Below, piece after piece: positions 12,769 through 27,223 of a stretch of DNA of 64,000 bases. This DNA is from Podarcis erhardii. Taxonomy: Eukaryota. The notes under the pieces were generated by a model. The model had not been told where the DNA came from, made no database searches, and saw only the letters and a program-made list of their open reading frames with translations. Made by a program: the position numbers and the translations under genes. The stretch lies in assembly GCA_964252035.1 (NCBI GenBank), contig OZ176208.1. The stretch is one strand, 5' to 3'. How positions within the stretch are numbered: the stretch's first letter is position 1; every line of letters starts with the position of its first letter.

Positions 12769-13383
12769 TAGTTAACTCAAACCCCATGAGTATATGAGGT
12801 CAGCCTGCTCAGTGACTGGCTTTGCACTTCTTGAAATGTTCAACAGATCTTGAAATCTCTAATTTTAGGACCTTTGTGCTCAAGATTAGGACTGTTCCAA
12901 TAATGAAAATAGATTAGATTGCTGGCCTTAGAGTATATCAATTGTGTAATCAAGTCCCAAGGTCTGTTAAGATTTCACTGCTCTTTAAGAACTGAACTAG
13001 ATCATCCCAGGCTTGCTGTCCACCAATCTTTAGAACTCTACTTAGCACCTGTAATTCATACTAAAGCATTGGAATTTGTAGGCAAATTTAAACAAACAGA
13101 AGCATTTATTTATGACAGCCCAAAATAGCGTTAAGATTTGGGAATTGCAACTGTATATACAATATACAGTAGGTTCTCCGGTTAATTTGCACTCCAGATC
13201 ACCTCATGTTTGTTTCCCTTCAGTTCAGTTCCTCCCGGTTAATTTGCCAACAGATCCTGTTCCAAATCAATTCAACTCACTTTAAGCAAGCCCAGCAAGC
13301 TTCTCCCTTTATTCACCAAAATTTCAGAACGATATATTCGTTCAATATGACAATGAAAACACTGAAAACAGTTTGATACTTAC

Positions 13384-13513
13384 AGATCGGACAACTTCAC
13401 TGATGAGGATAACTGGGGTCCTTTTGCCTGGGTTGGAGGGCAAAATCCATTGACTATACAACTCCAACAAGAATTGAGAACAGGAATGTATATCTACACC
13501 GGCACGATGTTTC
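13384..13513 (-). CDS. HTT: HTT exon 59 (130 nt)
   Basis: tatAG|G..TCT|GTaagt; [43 protein letters not shown]. Confidence 0.97.
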
Positions 13514-14226
13514 CTATAATCAGATACAAGCACAGTTAATAAGCTACTACATTGCAGTTATCATAATAATCTAAACATGTTCACCGAAGAGTCTTAGGGA
13601 GGAGAAACAGCTTTGCCATGAATCTGAAGCACTCATTCAGCTGTTGGAACTAGAGAATGGAGATCTGCTGTCAGGTAGGGCAATGTATTTCTGGCTCCAA
13701 GTTCCTACTAGCAACAAAGGCAGCACTTTGATATTTTTTGACAAACATGTCATTTAATTGTGTTCTCAAAGAGCACACTTGAAGGCCAACCAGGAAGTCA
13801 ATTGTGGATGTGGTTAAGATTCATATTAATAGGGAAAGGGTGCTGTAACTTAGGACTATCCAATCAACCTTTTATTGAACTGTAGCTAGAGTGGGAGCAG
13901 GGCAATACATTTTAAATGATCCCATTCTGCCGAAACTTGAGGCAATAACTGAATATTTGTTACAGGCACTAATGCCTTTTGCAACTACTGAAAGGCAGAG
14001 TCTTCTTTAGGATTAGAGTGGATGAGAAAGACTTTCGAGTATAGCTGAAAAGGTTAAATGCAAGAAGAATAAAATAAGCAGCTACCCCCTAGTCAGTGCT
14101 GAAATGTTTACTGTAAATAGTCTCCCTTAGAAATGAATATTCCCTTTGGTAATTAAGGGAGATGTGACTGTGTAGTGTCTTTTGGTTCTTATGATAAACT
14201 ATCTATCTATCTAATCTATCTATCTA

Positions 14227-14580
14227 CAGTGGTGCCTCGCAAGACAAAAAGAATCCGTTCTGCGATTCTCTTCGTCTAGCGGTTTTTTCGTCTTGCGAAG
14301 CAAGCCCATTGACAACTTAGCGGATTAGCGCTACAGCGGTCTAGCGGCTTCTAGCAATCAGCTGTTAAGCAGCTTATCAGCGGATCAGCTGTTAAGCGGC
14401 TTAGCGGCTTAGGAAAAGGGGGGGAAAGCGGGGGGAAACCGCGGGGACTCGCAAGATTTTTTCGTCTTGCGAAGCAACCCCATAGGGAAATTCGTTTTGC
14501 GAAGCGCCTCCAAAACGGAAAACCCTTTCGTCTAGCAGGTTTTCCGTCTTGCGAGGTGTTCGTCTTGCGGGGCACCACTG
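14227..14580. mobile_element. Tigger/pogo-like MITE, family A, inserted in a (TATC)n microsatellite
   Basis: TIR CAGTGGTGCCTCGCAAGAC / GTCTTGCGGGGCACCACTG, TA TSD; homologous to 41822, 44210 and 56097. Confidence 0.92.
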
Positions 14581-15039
14581 TATCTATCTATCTATCTATC
14601 TATCTATCCATCCATCCATCTCTCTAAAACCAATCAGTAGATCCACTGATTAATGAAGGCACAAAAGGATTTTCACTTCTGAATGCAAAACTAACTGCAG
14701 ATTATTCCAATTACAAACAAATATATCTTACTATATAATAAAATCATATAGATGGCCACAACAGCTCAAGCAGGACAGAGCAGCAGGCAAGAGCAGCAAG
14801 AATGGGTTGAAGTTCAAAAGAGAGTGGGAGAGCAGTTTGCCAAACTGCTCTCTGAAGTGACTCCCACCTGCCTTTAAAAGTGGGTGGGGGTGAGCCATGG
14901 GGTGGCAGGTGAGGAGGCAGGTGAGGTGTAAAGGGAGGAAGTGTTGGCCAGGTGTGGGATAACTGGGGCTGGCAGGCAGGTGGGGTTGGCAAATGGAGCA
15001 GAGCTGGCAGCCGTGTGTGCGCACAGAAAAATTCAAAAC

Positions 15040-15170
15040 CTGGAATTCATGGGAGAGGATGGTGGCGAGGAAGGGGCTGGCATATCACTCTCATCGTCTT
15101 CATCTTCATCCCATTCTTCTTCCCGCAGTGGAGTGATGTTATTTCCTAGCCACACAGAGTGGATAGAGAC
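15040..15170 (-). CDS. HTT: HTT exon 58 (131 nt)
   Basis: tttaAG|GTC..CAG|GTtttg; [44 protein letters not shown]. Confidence 0.97.
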
Positions 15171-16168
15171 CTTAAACGAGAGGGGAAAGTAAGTTAAGTG
15201 ATTCAGTATTTTTACTTCTTAAAATGCCCTCACACTTTGACATAATGAAAAACCTCAAATTAGTTTCTAGTCTATATACAAATGATGATATCATTACATT
15301 TGCATCTGTAGGCAGCGTCTCTCCTAAACACTTACAACTGTGCCCAGAGACAACTGGAAACCGATAACGGAAAGGTTAATACAGTATGTTTGCTGGGGGC
15401 TCATGTCAGCCTGTACCAGCAAAAGTTTCTGGAGAACTTTCAAAGGCAGCCCCATATATGACAGTAATCAAGCCTGGGTGTGATTAGTCATCTAGCCTAA
15501 CTGCAACCAGCCACCTTCTAGGTTTAGCATTCCAAACAACGTTGAAGTAACATGGTCTGATACTATGATATGTATTTCTGTGTTTTTATATTGTAAACTG
15601 TCCTGTGATACTCTAAGGGCACATAGAAATTTAATAAATAGTAATACCTGTAAGTTCCTACTATGTATAGAAATGCTATTGTCACCAGTTCCTCAAGCGG
15701 CATGATTTCTGCCTTAAAGCAGAATTTCCTACCTACTGGCTCCCACAGAGGAGTACTGAACCTGTTACAACCACAAAATAACTTCCAAATATAGGTTTTA
15801 CTTGATCTCAACATGATAAGGCTAAGCCAGTGCAACTTTACAGAATGTTTGCTCTTTGTTCCGCAAATAATCCAGGTGTTTCCCATTATCTTGTTGGATA
15901 CAATGGTTCCTTAGCTACCAATAGATATCCAGAGGGATGGGGGAGTGAGATTTGTTTCTTGCCCCCAACCAATGCACTTTTCAGGAATGGGGACCACAGG
16001 GAGGTAATAATTCCCCCCGCCCCCCCCCAAAATAGGAGACGCATCTGGTATGAAGTTTGCTCCCTAACCTCTACAGAAGATCCTAATAGTGGTCCTGATG
16101 GCCAGAGCTATGTCATCAGAAAAAATCTCTTCCAGTAGCACCTTAAAGACCAACTAAGTTAGTTCTTG

Positions 16169-16206
16169 GTATGAGCTTTCGTGTGCATGCACACTTCTTC
16201 AGATAC
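16169..16206 (-). ncRNA. Minimal type I hammerhead ribozyme (Penelope-type), HTT-sense strand
   Basis: GUAU-CUGAAGA-A-GUGUG(CAUG)CACAC-GAAA-GC-UC^AUAC: complete catalytic core, 4-bp stem I, 5-bp stem II, palindromic AGCU stem III. Confidence 0.75.
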
Positions 16207-16350
16207 ACTGAAACAGAAGTTACCAGACCCTTCTATATAGTGAGAAGGTGGGGAGGAGTATTACTCAGAAGGGGTATTACTCACCCTTCTGAGTAATACC
16301 CCTCCCCACCTTCTCACTGTATAGAAGGGTCTGGTGACTTCTGTTTCAGT

Positions 16351-16388
16351 GTAACTGAAGAAGTGTGCATGCACACGAAAGCTCATAC
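16351..16388 (+). ncRNA. Second hammerhead copy (mirror arm) with a stem I mismatch
   Basis: GUAA-CUGAAGA-A-GUGUGCAUGCACAC-GAAAGCUC-AUAC; the base pair closing stem I is broken by a T>A change. Confidence 0.65.
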
Positions 16389-16664
16389 CTAGAACTAACT
16401 TAGTTGGTCTTTAAGGTGCTACTGGAAGGAATTTTTTTTGTTTTGACTATGGCAGACCAACACGGCTACCTATCTGTAACTATGTCATCAGAGTTAATGA
16501 GATCACGTGTCTGCTGCTCTGCTACTTCATTCTGTTTTCAATCATAATTTGTCTTCCCCTAAAATAATAATCCTACAATCCCAAGATTGTAATTCAGCAA
16601 TTCTTGTTACTCTGGAAAGTCAAGAATACAAAGGTTCTCGCTAAATATAGACATTTGAACAAAC

Positions 16665-16747
16665 CTGTCCTAGTTTATAGCCCATATTGCCCATTTCACG
16701 CTCTGTATTGATCTGTAGTAAAAGCTTTTCATGGCTGATAAGAACAC
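16665..16747 (-). CDS. HTT: HTT exon 57 (83 nt)
   Basis: tttAG|GT..CAG|GTttgt; [27 protein letters not shown]. Confidence 0.97.
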
Positions 16748-17359
16748 CTAAAATAAAAAGAAAAATACAAAATTCTTTTAGGCAAAGCCCACAATAAGCA
16801 TGAAAGTACACATTATCACTGTGGTCAACATATAATGCTGACCCTTTTTGCTACTGATATGCTCAACTTGCGTTCTCTCTGCTGGAGATTCTGCTGATAT
16901 GCTCCATTTCTCCTATCACTTGGGCTGCGTTAAGCAACCTCAGCTACTTCCTTTGGGTTCAGTGGAATGCCCAGCAGAGTACCTTTATATACTCTCTGGA
17001 AGCCACTTGCCTGACCCAAGGTACAGTAAGGCAGGGGTGGGTGGAGGGTTAGTGCCGGTCCAAAGGGCGAGCTTAAACAGAGGGAAAGGCTCTTCCACAA
17101 GCAATGTCAAATGGGAAAATTCAGGGACAGCATGCTTCCCTGGAGCCTTGGAAGATAACATTTGGGTGATGCTGCATATTTCCTTTTGCCAGTTACTGTG
17201 GACAAGAACCAGACTTAGTAAGACGCACCAGTGGTGTTAGAAGAGCATATGCCAAGGATAGTTCAAGTCTGAAGAATACTTGCAAGTAACCTAAGGTTAC
17301 TTTCTGTTTCTATTTCAAAAACTGTAGAACTTCTGCATAAGCAGCCATTGGATATGTAC

Positions 17360-17499
17360 CTGTAGCAGAAGGCGAAAGAGACGGAACAGGATCCCATGCT
17401 TGGTACAAGTGGTGGGTGGCAATGTTGTCTCTTTTAGATGCCATTTCTTGGATTTCTTGTTCTACAATTCCTCTGATGACATTTAATTTTCTCCCAAAC
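17360..17499 (-). CDS. HTT: HTT exon 56 (140 nt)
   Basis: ttcAG|G..CAG|GTacat; [47 protein letters not shown]. Confidence 0.97.
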
Positions 17500-17846
17500 C
17501 TGAAGTTCAGCAGAAATAATCATAAATTACTAAAACATCTTCTACAGTCAGGAAATCTTCACTAATAAAAAGACTACTGTATCAGCTTTTATTTTTATAA
17601 CAGGATTCACTTCTGGAAAAAAGGCATATCAACTAATTTAAAATGCAAATCAACTATTAACAAACTCAGGCTTGATTTGCTTAGAACTAGCCTAATTTAG
17701 AGATTTCAAAATTAACCAAATGCTGTGAAAAGAAAAGCCTATCATTATACAGATACGGGTATTACGTAAGACAACATGGGAGTCTATTACCCATAAATTC
17801 GCTCTTTGCGACTCCCGGAGGGCATTCCTTAACAGTGGGATGGCAC

Positions 17847-18293
17847 TGTCAGAAGCTTGTCCTACACTCGAGTAGGACCCTGGCAGAGACACATGCCCAA
17901 CTGGCATGTTCCCTCCCTCCTGGTCGATCGTTCGGGAGCTTCAAAAGATTTATTCAGCCCAAACATCACAGCGACCGATGCCAACAGACATCGGCACAGT
18001 TAGGAATCTGCAGAGTCTGTGTAGTTAGCATGACAGACCTCAGCAACTCAACATTTTGGCTAATCTACTTTATTTACATATAAACACACATGGAGCACTG
18101 CAACGTGGCTCCCTCTCTCTCTAGCATCAGACAGCAAAGAGGAAAAGGACAAAGGACAATAGTTCTACTTCACAGAACACAGTAACACAAACATCCTGTT
18201 TCCGTCACTTCCCACTCTGTGGAGTCAAAACATATACCGTCATGTGAAGGACAACAATCCTATGACTGCAATCATGGAGCAGGAATTCTAACA
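17847..18293 (-). mobile_element. Solo LTR (447 bp)
   Basis: TG..CA termini with 8-bp imperfect inverted ends (TGTCAGAA / TTCTAACA); 5-bp TSD GGCAC (17842-46, 18294-98); two AATAAA on the minus strand. Confidence 0.85.
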
Positions 18294-19862
18294 GGCACCC
18301 TTCCTCCAAAAATAAGGTTGACAACATTGCAGAGGGTCACCAACTATGAGAAATACCACACCTGCAAGGACCTTTCTTGGTGTCCTCCATGAGGCAACCC
18401 ATATTTTCTTTATTGACGAAAGGGAATCCTGTGAGGCTTCATGCTGCTCTGCAGTGCAGAGCAGTTCCTGGAGTTGGGAAAGTCCATCCTTTCCTCTTCC
18501 GTTGGTTGGGCAGTCAACTTCTCTCCTCTTTGGCGTATGAGAGAAGAAGTAGGAACGGATTTCCCACTTGCCCCATGGGCTGCCTTTCTGCATTTTCCTG
18601 TCCCTGCAGACATTTTGAATAGGGATTGGGTCTGTCTGATTTTTCTTGTCCCAGAGGGCATTTTGATTTGGAGCTTCATGCCTTCACCATGAGGTGCATC
18701 ATACACTCATTTAATGCCCATTGGAAGAAGGTGAGTTGCGGTGGGTGTGCATTGCCAGCCTTGCTTGGCTGCAGTACACTTGACTTCCCACTCTGCCCTG
18801 TCTCTGCAGTTTGTTTTACTACGTCCAGCTTGCCTGCTTTTCCTTTCCAATGAGGTTTCCCTCCCACTTTCAATCTTGGTAGGAGCAAACTACCAAGTAG
18901 TGGTAAGTAGTGGCAGCCTAAATCTAGCACGTGGCCTCTTCCCCTCTGTTCACTGGGTCTTTCTGCTGACTCGGATCCTTCCCTCTCCCCCTCTTTCTGG
19001 CTGCAGTAGGTTTTCTGTCAGTTGGTCACATGCACACAACATAGGGAGGAAAGCTAAACTCCTCACTTCTCTGGTGCCTTGATTTACACTGTAGGAGGAG
19101 GGCTTCCCATCTCTTAGGCTGCTTAGGTTTTTTATTGTTTTGTGTTGGTGGAGGAGGGGGCTGCCAGCTACCCTGCCAATTTATTTGTGACAGCAAAGGG
19201 GGGAATTCCCACCTGTTCGGCTGCCTCTGTCCTGCCTGGCCAGTTTTTGTTTCTTTGCTACACTGGAGGAGGAAGGCTCATGTCTTGTGCTGGACCCAGC
19301 AGGCCTTTAGGATTCTTGCTTTTCCTGTGTGTAAAAGGGGTGGAGGAGCTGGCATGGCATTCCCACACATTTATTTACCTGCCTTTACTGGTGATCATGG
19401 GAGTCAGTGGGTGCTTCCTTGGCCTCCTGGGTGAATATATATGCATGCGTTCACCACCAAGTATTACCCAGGGCAGGTCCAGCTATTTGGCGGGGTGAAG
19501 CCATTGCCTTAGGTAGCAGAAGCCCCTGAGGCGGTGCCTCTGCGGGCATCCAGCATATCCCTGCCACCTATGAAGAAACTACACTGGCACTGATTTCCAG
19601 TGAAATGCTGCAAAAATTATGCAAGAGCTAACTAGAGATTGGTGCCAATGCCAGTAGCGGCACTTCCTGTTTTGTCTCAAGTGGTGAAATAGGATGTGCC
19701 ACCCCAGCACTACACAGAATGCTATGTTCTATATTGTATTGCTGTATTTTGTACATTGGTATGAAAAACTAATTTTTAAAAATCCTGAAAAGAATTCCGG
19801 GAAAGAAAAGTTGGGATAAGCATCACCACAGACAAGCATGAAGAGCACCAACATCAGAAGTA

Positions 19863-21484
<1,622 letters not shown>

Positions 21485-21556
21485 CTACAATAAGAAAAGA
21501 AAAACTTGCAAAGAAGCATCGTTTCATACCTAATAAGCTAGGATTACAACTTTCTT

Positions 21557-21890
21557 TAAACCACAGACCCTAGGGTTTGCCGATCAGAAGGTTGGCAGTT
21601 CGAATCCCCGCAACAGGGTGAGCTCCCGTTGTTTGGTCCCTGCTCCTGCCAACCTATCAGTTCAAAAGCACGTCAAAGTGCAAGTAGGTAAATAGGTACT
21701 GCTACGGAGGGAAGGTAAACAGCGTTTCCGTGCGCTGCTCTGGTTCACCAGAAGCAGCTTAGTCATGGTGGCCACATGACCCGGAAGCTGTATGCCGGCT
21801 CCCTCAGCCAATAAAACGAGATGAGCACCACAACCCCAGAGTCGGCCATGACTGGACCTAATGGTCAGGGGTCCCATTACCTTTACTTTA
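21557..21890 (+). mobile_element. Sauria SINE (5'-truncated)
   Basis: Body matches the other Sauria copies; BovB-like tail ..GGTCAGGGGTCCCATTACCTTTA. Confidence 0.9.
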
Positions 21891-22114
21891 AAACTTTCTT
21901 CTTGGCAGAGCTCCAATTTGCAACTAAAGAGCAGAAATGTGTAAAAAACTCTCTTCATAGGACAATTTGTATGTTCTATTCAGTTTCCCTTGGGGGGCTC
22001 TGTCTCCTTTTGTACACAGGCCCGTCTGTTCCAGTAGTGTTACCAGAAAATCCCAATCGGCAACAACATGGAGGTGGAATTGACAAAATAAAACCATTCA
22101 CTGGATTACTTTAC

Positions 22115-22215
22115 CTCTTGCTGGTTTTCCTCTTGGTCCAATACAATTGGCTGGGTTACAAGAACACCAAGAAGAGTAGCCCATGTCTCTTCAAACTGCA
22201 TGCGGTTTGTCCACC
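22115..22215 (-). CDS. HTT: HTT exon 54 (101 nt)
   Basis: ctcAG|GG..GAG|GTaaag; [33 protein letters not shown]. Confidence 0.97.
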
Positions 22216-23182
22216 CTGAGGGAAGATCCAAGCCACTGATGTTTACTACTTCAGAGGATAGAGAATTACCAAAGTATAGGTTCCACAGCTGTATTTTTAT
22301 GCTATTAACAAAAGAAGTTTTAGAAATCTCTGAAAACATAGTATGTTTATCTGCCAGGGGTGGGGAGATACGGATAACTAACTACCTGTAAAGACTCCTT
22401 ATGACACACAGAGTTTATGTGTAGAATTAACATATAAAACTTGCATTCTGCAACCATAATTGCATATTTTGGCCAGTTCTAGCAATTCTTTCCTTGAAAT
22501 CATAGTTTTATCCATGTGAGAACCTACAACATTCCCACACCCCAACATTCCATCTACATGTGACTATGGCCTGCTTTCTGCTGTGGAATGCTGATTTTTG
22601 TTATGTCATTTTATGATTATAAATATGCCCCATTAAAAAAAAAACTATGAAAAATGTAAAAATTCTATCTATGCTCACACTCTAATCTGTGCATTCATAT
22701 TGGAGGCTAAAGATTTTCCCTCTCCCCACCTACATTTTTGTAAGCATGTGGAAATGAACTCTTCTTTCCAAGTGGAAAGTTGGTTTAAATTGCAAAAGTA
22801 ACTTATTCTGCAGTGCTGCATAATGACAACACAAAATACATATTTATATTGGAAAATGTTCCTTTAGATTCTATGAAGTTTAAGTTTATTTTCAATATGC
22901 AGGAAAGGGCATCTCAATTCTGAAAACTCATAAGCCATGTCCTATATTCAGAATCTGACCTAATGAGGTATGCCACATACTGCAGTGTTCAGTGTAGCAG
23001 ATCAGCAAATCGAAAAGGCCTTTGCCTCTGACTTCAAAATACTAAGGTACCTCAAGGTCACCCACTCACCACCAAGGCTTACTTTGTATTAAACAGTTTA
23101 AAATAATGTTAGTTCACCATGTACAGTGTTTTAAAGTAATAAAGACGAAACTACAACTTATATATTCAGCTCAGTTTATCTA

Positions 23183-23365
<183 letters not shown>

Positions 23366-23713
23366 CTACCTTTCCATAAACATTAAGAACATCAGGTTCT
23401 TGTCTTTAAGCTAGGACCCTCTGATTTGTCAACAACCATAGAAGGGGACAGAGAAGACATGTTGACTTCTTTGCATGTATAAGAAGCTAAGAACCGATGT
23501 CCAAAAATGACACTCCTGCTCTTAACCTATTAGAAGGGATTCTCATAAGACCACCACCAAATTTTCAATAGGGGCCTTTAGGCATGAAAACGTGTCATTT
23601 ACATACTTATATAATTTACTGTGAGAAAAAGATACCTAGTAAAAATCAAGGAAAAAAATGACAGTAAGATCAGCAATAATTTTCAACATCAACTTTAGCA
23701 GTTAAACACATAC

Positions 23714-23901
23714 CAGTGGGGGAACTCTTGCATAGCTGTTTACTATGGGCAGTCTTGACAAGCTGATGATGATGTTCTTAAGAACAGGGGTGAGGAATGC
23801 TGAAATATGGCTATTTTTCTTGTGCCCCAAAGCCAAGACAGATTGCAAACATTCCACCAACTCTGCTACTATTTCACAAGTCGTTGCAATATACTCAAAT
23901 T
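23714..23901 (-). CDS. HTT: HTT exon 52 (188 nt)
   Basis: ttcaAG|AA..CTG|GTatgt; [62 protein letters not shown]. Confidence 0.96.
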
Positions 23902-24944
23902 CTTGAATTGGGAAAGAATACGAAAGTTCAGTACAGAATACTCCAATACACGCAAACGTACTAAATTCAAAATTGCTCCAATCTATCCCTAGAACTCTAT
24001 GGTGTCAGAACAGCTATCTTGACAAAACACATTAACAGGCTTCATCTGGCAAGCCATAAAAAATGGTGCATACTGAACAATTATCTAAAAAACCAGGAAG
24101 AGCAGTATCAATTAAAACTATTCTGAAGGGCAACGTAGATGTGATGTTAAATGTGTAAATCCATTTAATGTGTCGTTTTCTTACTTTCAAATTAATAGCT
24201 GACTGTGGGTGGGTGGGGTAGAAACAGGTTCTGGTACTGCAGCGTTTAGTAGACGGAAGGTTTTAGTCAAGGCATTCAGACCAGGCAGTTCTGTGGAAGC
24301 CTCGAGCTAGAGCAATTTTAGGAACCAGTATTTTAGGAATACTGGGCCTTCAATAAGATTGTGATTAGCTTCACTCCACAATGAGAAAAGCTGCTTTGGT
24401 TAAAGCACCTTGCCTGTTTTAGCAGCCTGAGGATAGCACTGAAATCTCTTCAAGCTGGAGCACTGTGGCAGAACAGCTGCTCCTGAGCCAGAACTTCTGG
24501 GGAAGTGGGATACCACTGTAGCCAGCTTGGAGGGAAATTTCTTCCAATTCTTCCTCCAAGGCAACAGCTCAAAGAGGGAAAATTAGTCCCTGAGATCATA
24601 ACACATAGGGAAAGTGGGTTGCTCCACAAATGTGGGCTCTGATGAACACCGTTCGCCCAGAGAAGCCTCACAGGCCCTGCTACTTCGAAAGCTTAAAAAG
24701 ATACATTAAATGCAGTCACACGTTTAACATTACATCTAATCTTTGCCTTGATAAAGTAGCAACAGAATATGTATATGAAACGGGCAAATATTTCAACAAT
24801 AGTAGTAAATGTGGAAATACATATAAGAAATGGTACAAAGATATAAAACATGCTAAAGATTTAAAACAACAAAAGTGAGTAAAAGTTTATACTAGTTAAA
24901 TTAAAACACTATTATATGCACATCTGAAGCTTTAAACTCCTTAC

Positions 24945-25040
24945 TTTCTCTTTGTGGATCTACTTCATTCTCACTTGCAGGTTTTGTAATGTTCTTCTTC
25001 CTTTCTGGGCTAAGAAGCTGATTTCCAGGTTCAACTGCCA
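24945..25040 (-). CDS. HTT: HTT exon 51 (96 nt)
   Basis: tacAG|TG..GAAA|GTaagg; VAVEPGNQLLSPERKKNITKPASENEVDPQRE. Confidence 0.94.
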
Positions 25041-25352
25041 CTGTATTAGAGACACACCAAGCATTTCTCAACACTAATCTTTAATTCCCCTGAAGTAGCA
25101 TTATTGGACAAGTATTTGAATTGCAAGCTGAACAAAAATACTCTTAGTTTTGTAAGACAGAATTGCACAAACTGATGACATTTTGTTGAAGCTATTTGAT
25201 ATCATGGATTTTTGTACACTGAGAACTTCACTCACTTCCAGGTAAGTAGGCAGGGGCACAAGATGATACACGCACTTGGGATTGTATTTCATGTTTTTTA
25301 TTTTGTGTTTTACGCTGTAAACCTCCCTATGATCTTTGGATGAAAGGCAGTA

Positions 25353-25597
25353 CAGTCATACCTCGGGTTAAATATGCTTCAGGTTGAGCGCTTTCGGGTT
25401 GTGTTCCGCGGCAACCCGGAAGTAACGGAACGCGTTACCTCCGGGTTTCGCCGCTTGCATATGCGCAGACGGTCAAAATGACGTCACGCGCATGTGCGGA
25501 AGCAGCGACCCGCGCATGCGCAGATGTGGGTTATGTTCGCTTCAGGATGCGAACGGGGATCCGGAACAGATTCCATTCGTATCCAGAGGTACCGCTG
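25353..25597. mobile_element. Tigger/pogo-like MITE, family C-related (reverse orientation)
   Basis: TA-CAGTCATACCTCGG..GAGGTACCGCTG; its end is similar to the starts of 35281 and 43411. Confidence 0.75.
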
Positions 25598-25747
25598 CAT
25601 GTAAATTGAGTGAATAAAATAAAATAAACACAATGCACAGAGCAGGTCCCAGGGTGAAACTTGTAAAGGTATTAGGACGATACAAGATTCTGGGATGGGC
25701 CCCTTTGATTGAAGGAGCTTCCCATACCACTCCATCAGGCAACTCAC

Positions 25748-25925
25748 CTGCTTCTATGATGAATCTGATACAGTTGATTACAGAGCAGGCATGTGTCACA
25801 TACGCCACTGATGCCAGCAGGTTCCATAAATTAGGTTGTTGTAACGCCAAACAGCAGCAATCTAACACAGTCTGAAGATCAATACTTAGTGGAATATTCT
25901 TATGTATCAAATGCCAAGAAAGTAT
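25748..25925 (-). CDS. HTT: HTT exon 50 (178 nt)
   Basis: cttAG|ATA..CAG|GTgagt; ILSWHLIHKNIPLSIDLQTVLDCCCLALQQPNLW...CIRFIIEA. Confidence 0.97.
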
Positions 25926-26762
25926 CTAAGGAATAAAAACAATATGAGATGAGATGGGACCATTGGTACTTAACTGAAGGGTGTTTCTCTATGGCTGTTA
26001 GGATGCACCCATGTGGGAAGTTCTCTCCCTAACGCTAAAAGAGGAAGGCTTCCTGTTTGTTCCAGTTTCTGTTTCTTGGCAAAGCTCCTGGTTCAAACTT
26101 CGCATTACACCCGGAACAAGGGGCCAAAGCAACACAACAAAGAGAGGAAGGTTGGCCCTGGTACCCCAGAGCCAGTGGAGTGACTTTTATGGTGACTGGC
26201 AGCCTGCAGATAAGAGTGTGGCCACGGGTCCATCCTGACACCCACACAGAAACACCCTTCAAGTGAGTACTGCTGGTTCCTTCTGCCTATCTGAATCCCC
26301 GGGGGCTTGGTGCCATTTGGCCACCCCAGCTGATTCTGCCCTTGCTGCCACGAAGTGGTGGGAGACTGTGCAACTTGTGGGTGGCACCTCCAGTGGTAGG
26401 TGTAGACAAGTCCCCATTCAATGCATCCTAAATTCACTACAGAATATTTTATTCTTGTAGTAATAGGCATATTGTCTCTCCCTCCTAATTAGGAAAACAA
26501 TAGACATAACCCATTCCAAACTACAGGTAACTGCAAAAGGCTACAGAAAGGTTGGTGCCACCCTATTCACTTTCCAAACAGGTGTTGCAGGTGCTCACAT
26601 TTGTAACATACTTTCAAACGGTTTCCACATAGAAGTATGGCAGATAAAACTCCCCAAATCAAAAATCACTAGAACTATTACCTTAGATGATTTTATAGTA
26701 AAGGTTGTGATGACACACACATCTGATAAGCAATATTCCGTTTGCTACATTTGTGGCCTTAC

Positions 26763-26908
26763 CTCTAGTAACATCACAACAAACTTCAGAATGTCACTTT
26801 CTTTGTCAGGTGGAATGCGAAGAGAGGGTGGCAGTTTTGAAAGTAACACCAGGTGCTGACTTAAAGCACGAGACAAGACCATTGTAGATTGATACATCCC
26901 TGGGTCTC
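26763..26908 (-). CDS. HTT: HTT exon 49 (146 nt)
   Basis: tgcAG|GA..GAG|GTaagg; DPGMYQSTMVLSRALSQHLVLLSKLPPSLRIPPDKESDILKFVVMLLE. Confidence 0.96.
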
Positions 26909-27223
26909 CTGCATAGTAAGGACATATCATTAAAAATGTTATCTGCAAATATCAAACTTTAAAACTGAGGGGCACGGGGAAAAAATATCTCATGGGTATT
27001 CCATAGCATGTGCAGAAATCATCTGGGTTAAATGTAGAATACGGGAACAAACATAACCCCCTAAGGTTGCCCAATTAACTAGTTGTTACAGGCAGAGAAG
27101 CTGTGGCATTCAATAAAAGCTGGCAGCCCTTATATATAATCTTATTTAACTTAATAAATGTTATGCTTAAGATACTTTGCATGTGAATTCTTGCCTTCCT
27201 TAATGATGTGTGATTTCTTATTA

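Larger units (their letters stand above)
16121..16479. mobile_element. Penelope-like element remnant forming an inverted repeat
   Basis: 145-bp inverted arms (16129-16273 / 16284-16428, 5 mismatches); Penelope-type end GAAAGCTCATACC..TTGGTCTTTAAGGTGC; 13-bp TSD CTATGTCATCAGA (16108-16120, 16480-16492). Confidence 0.85.
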
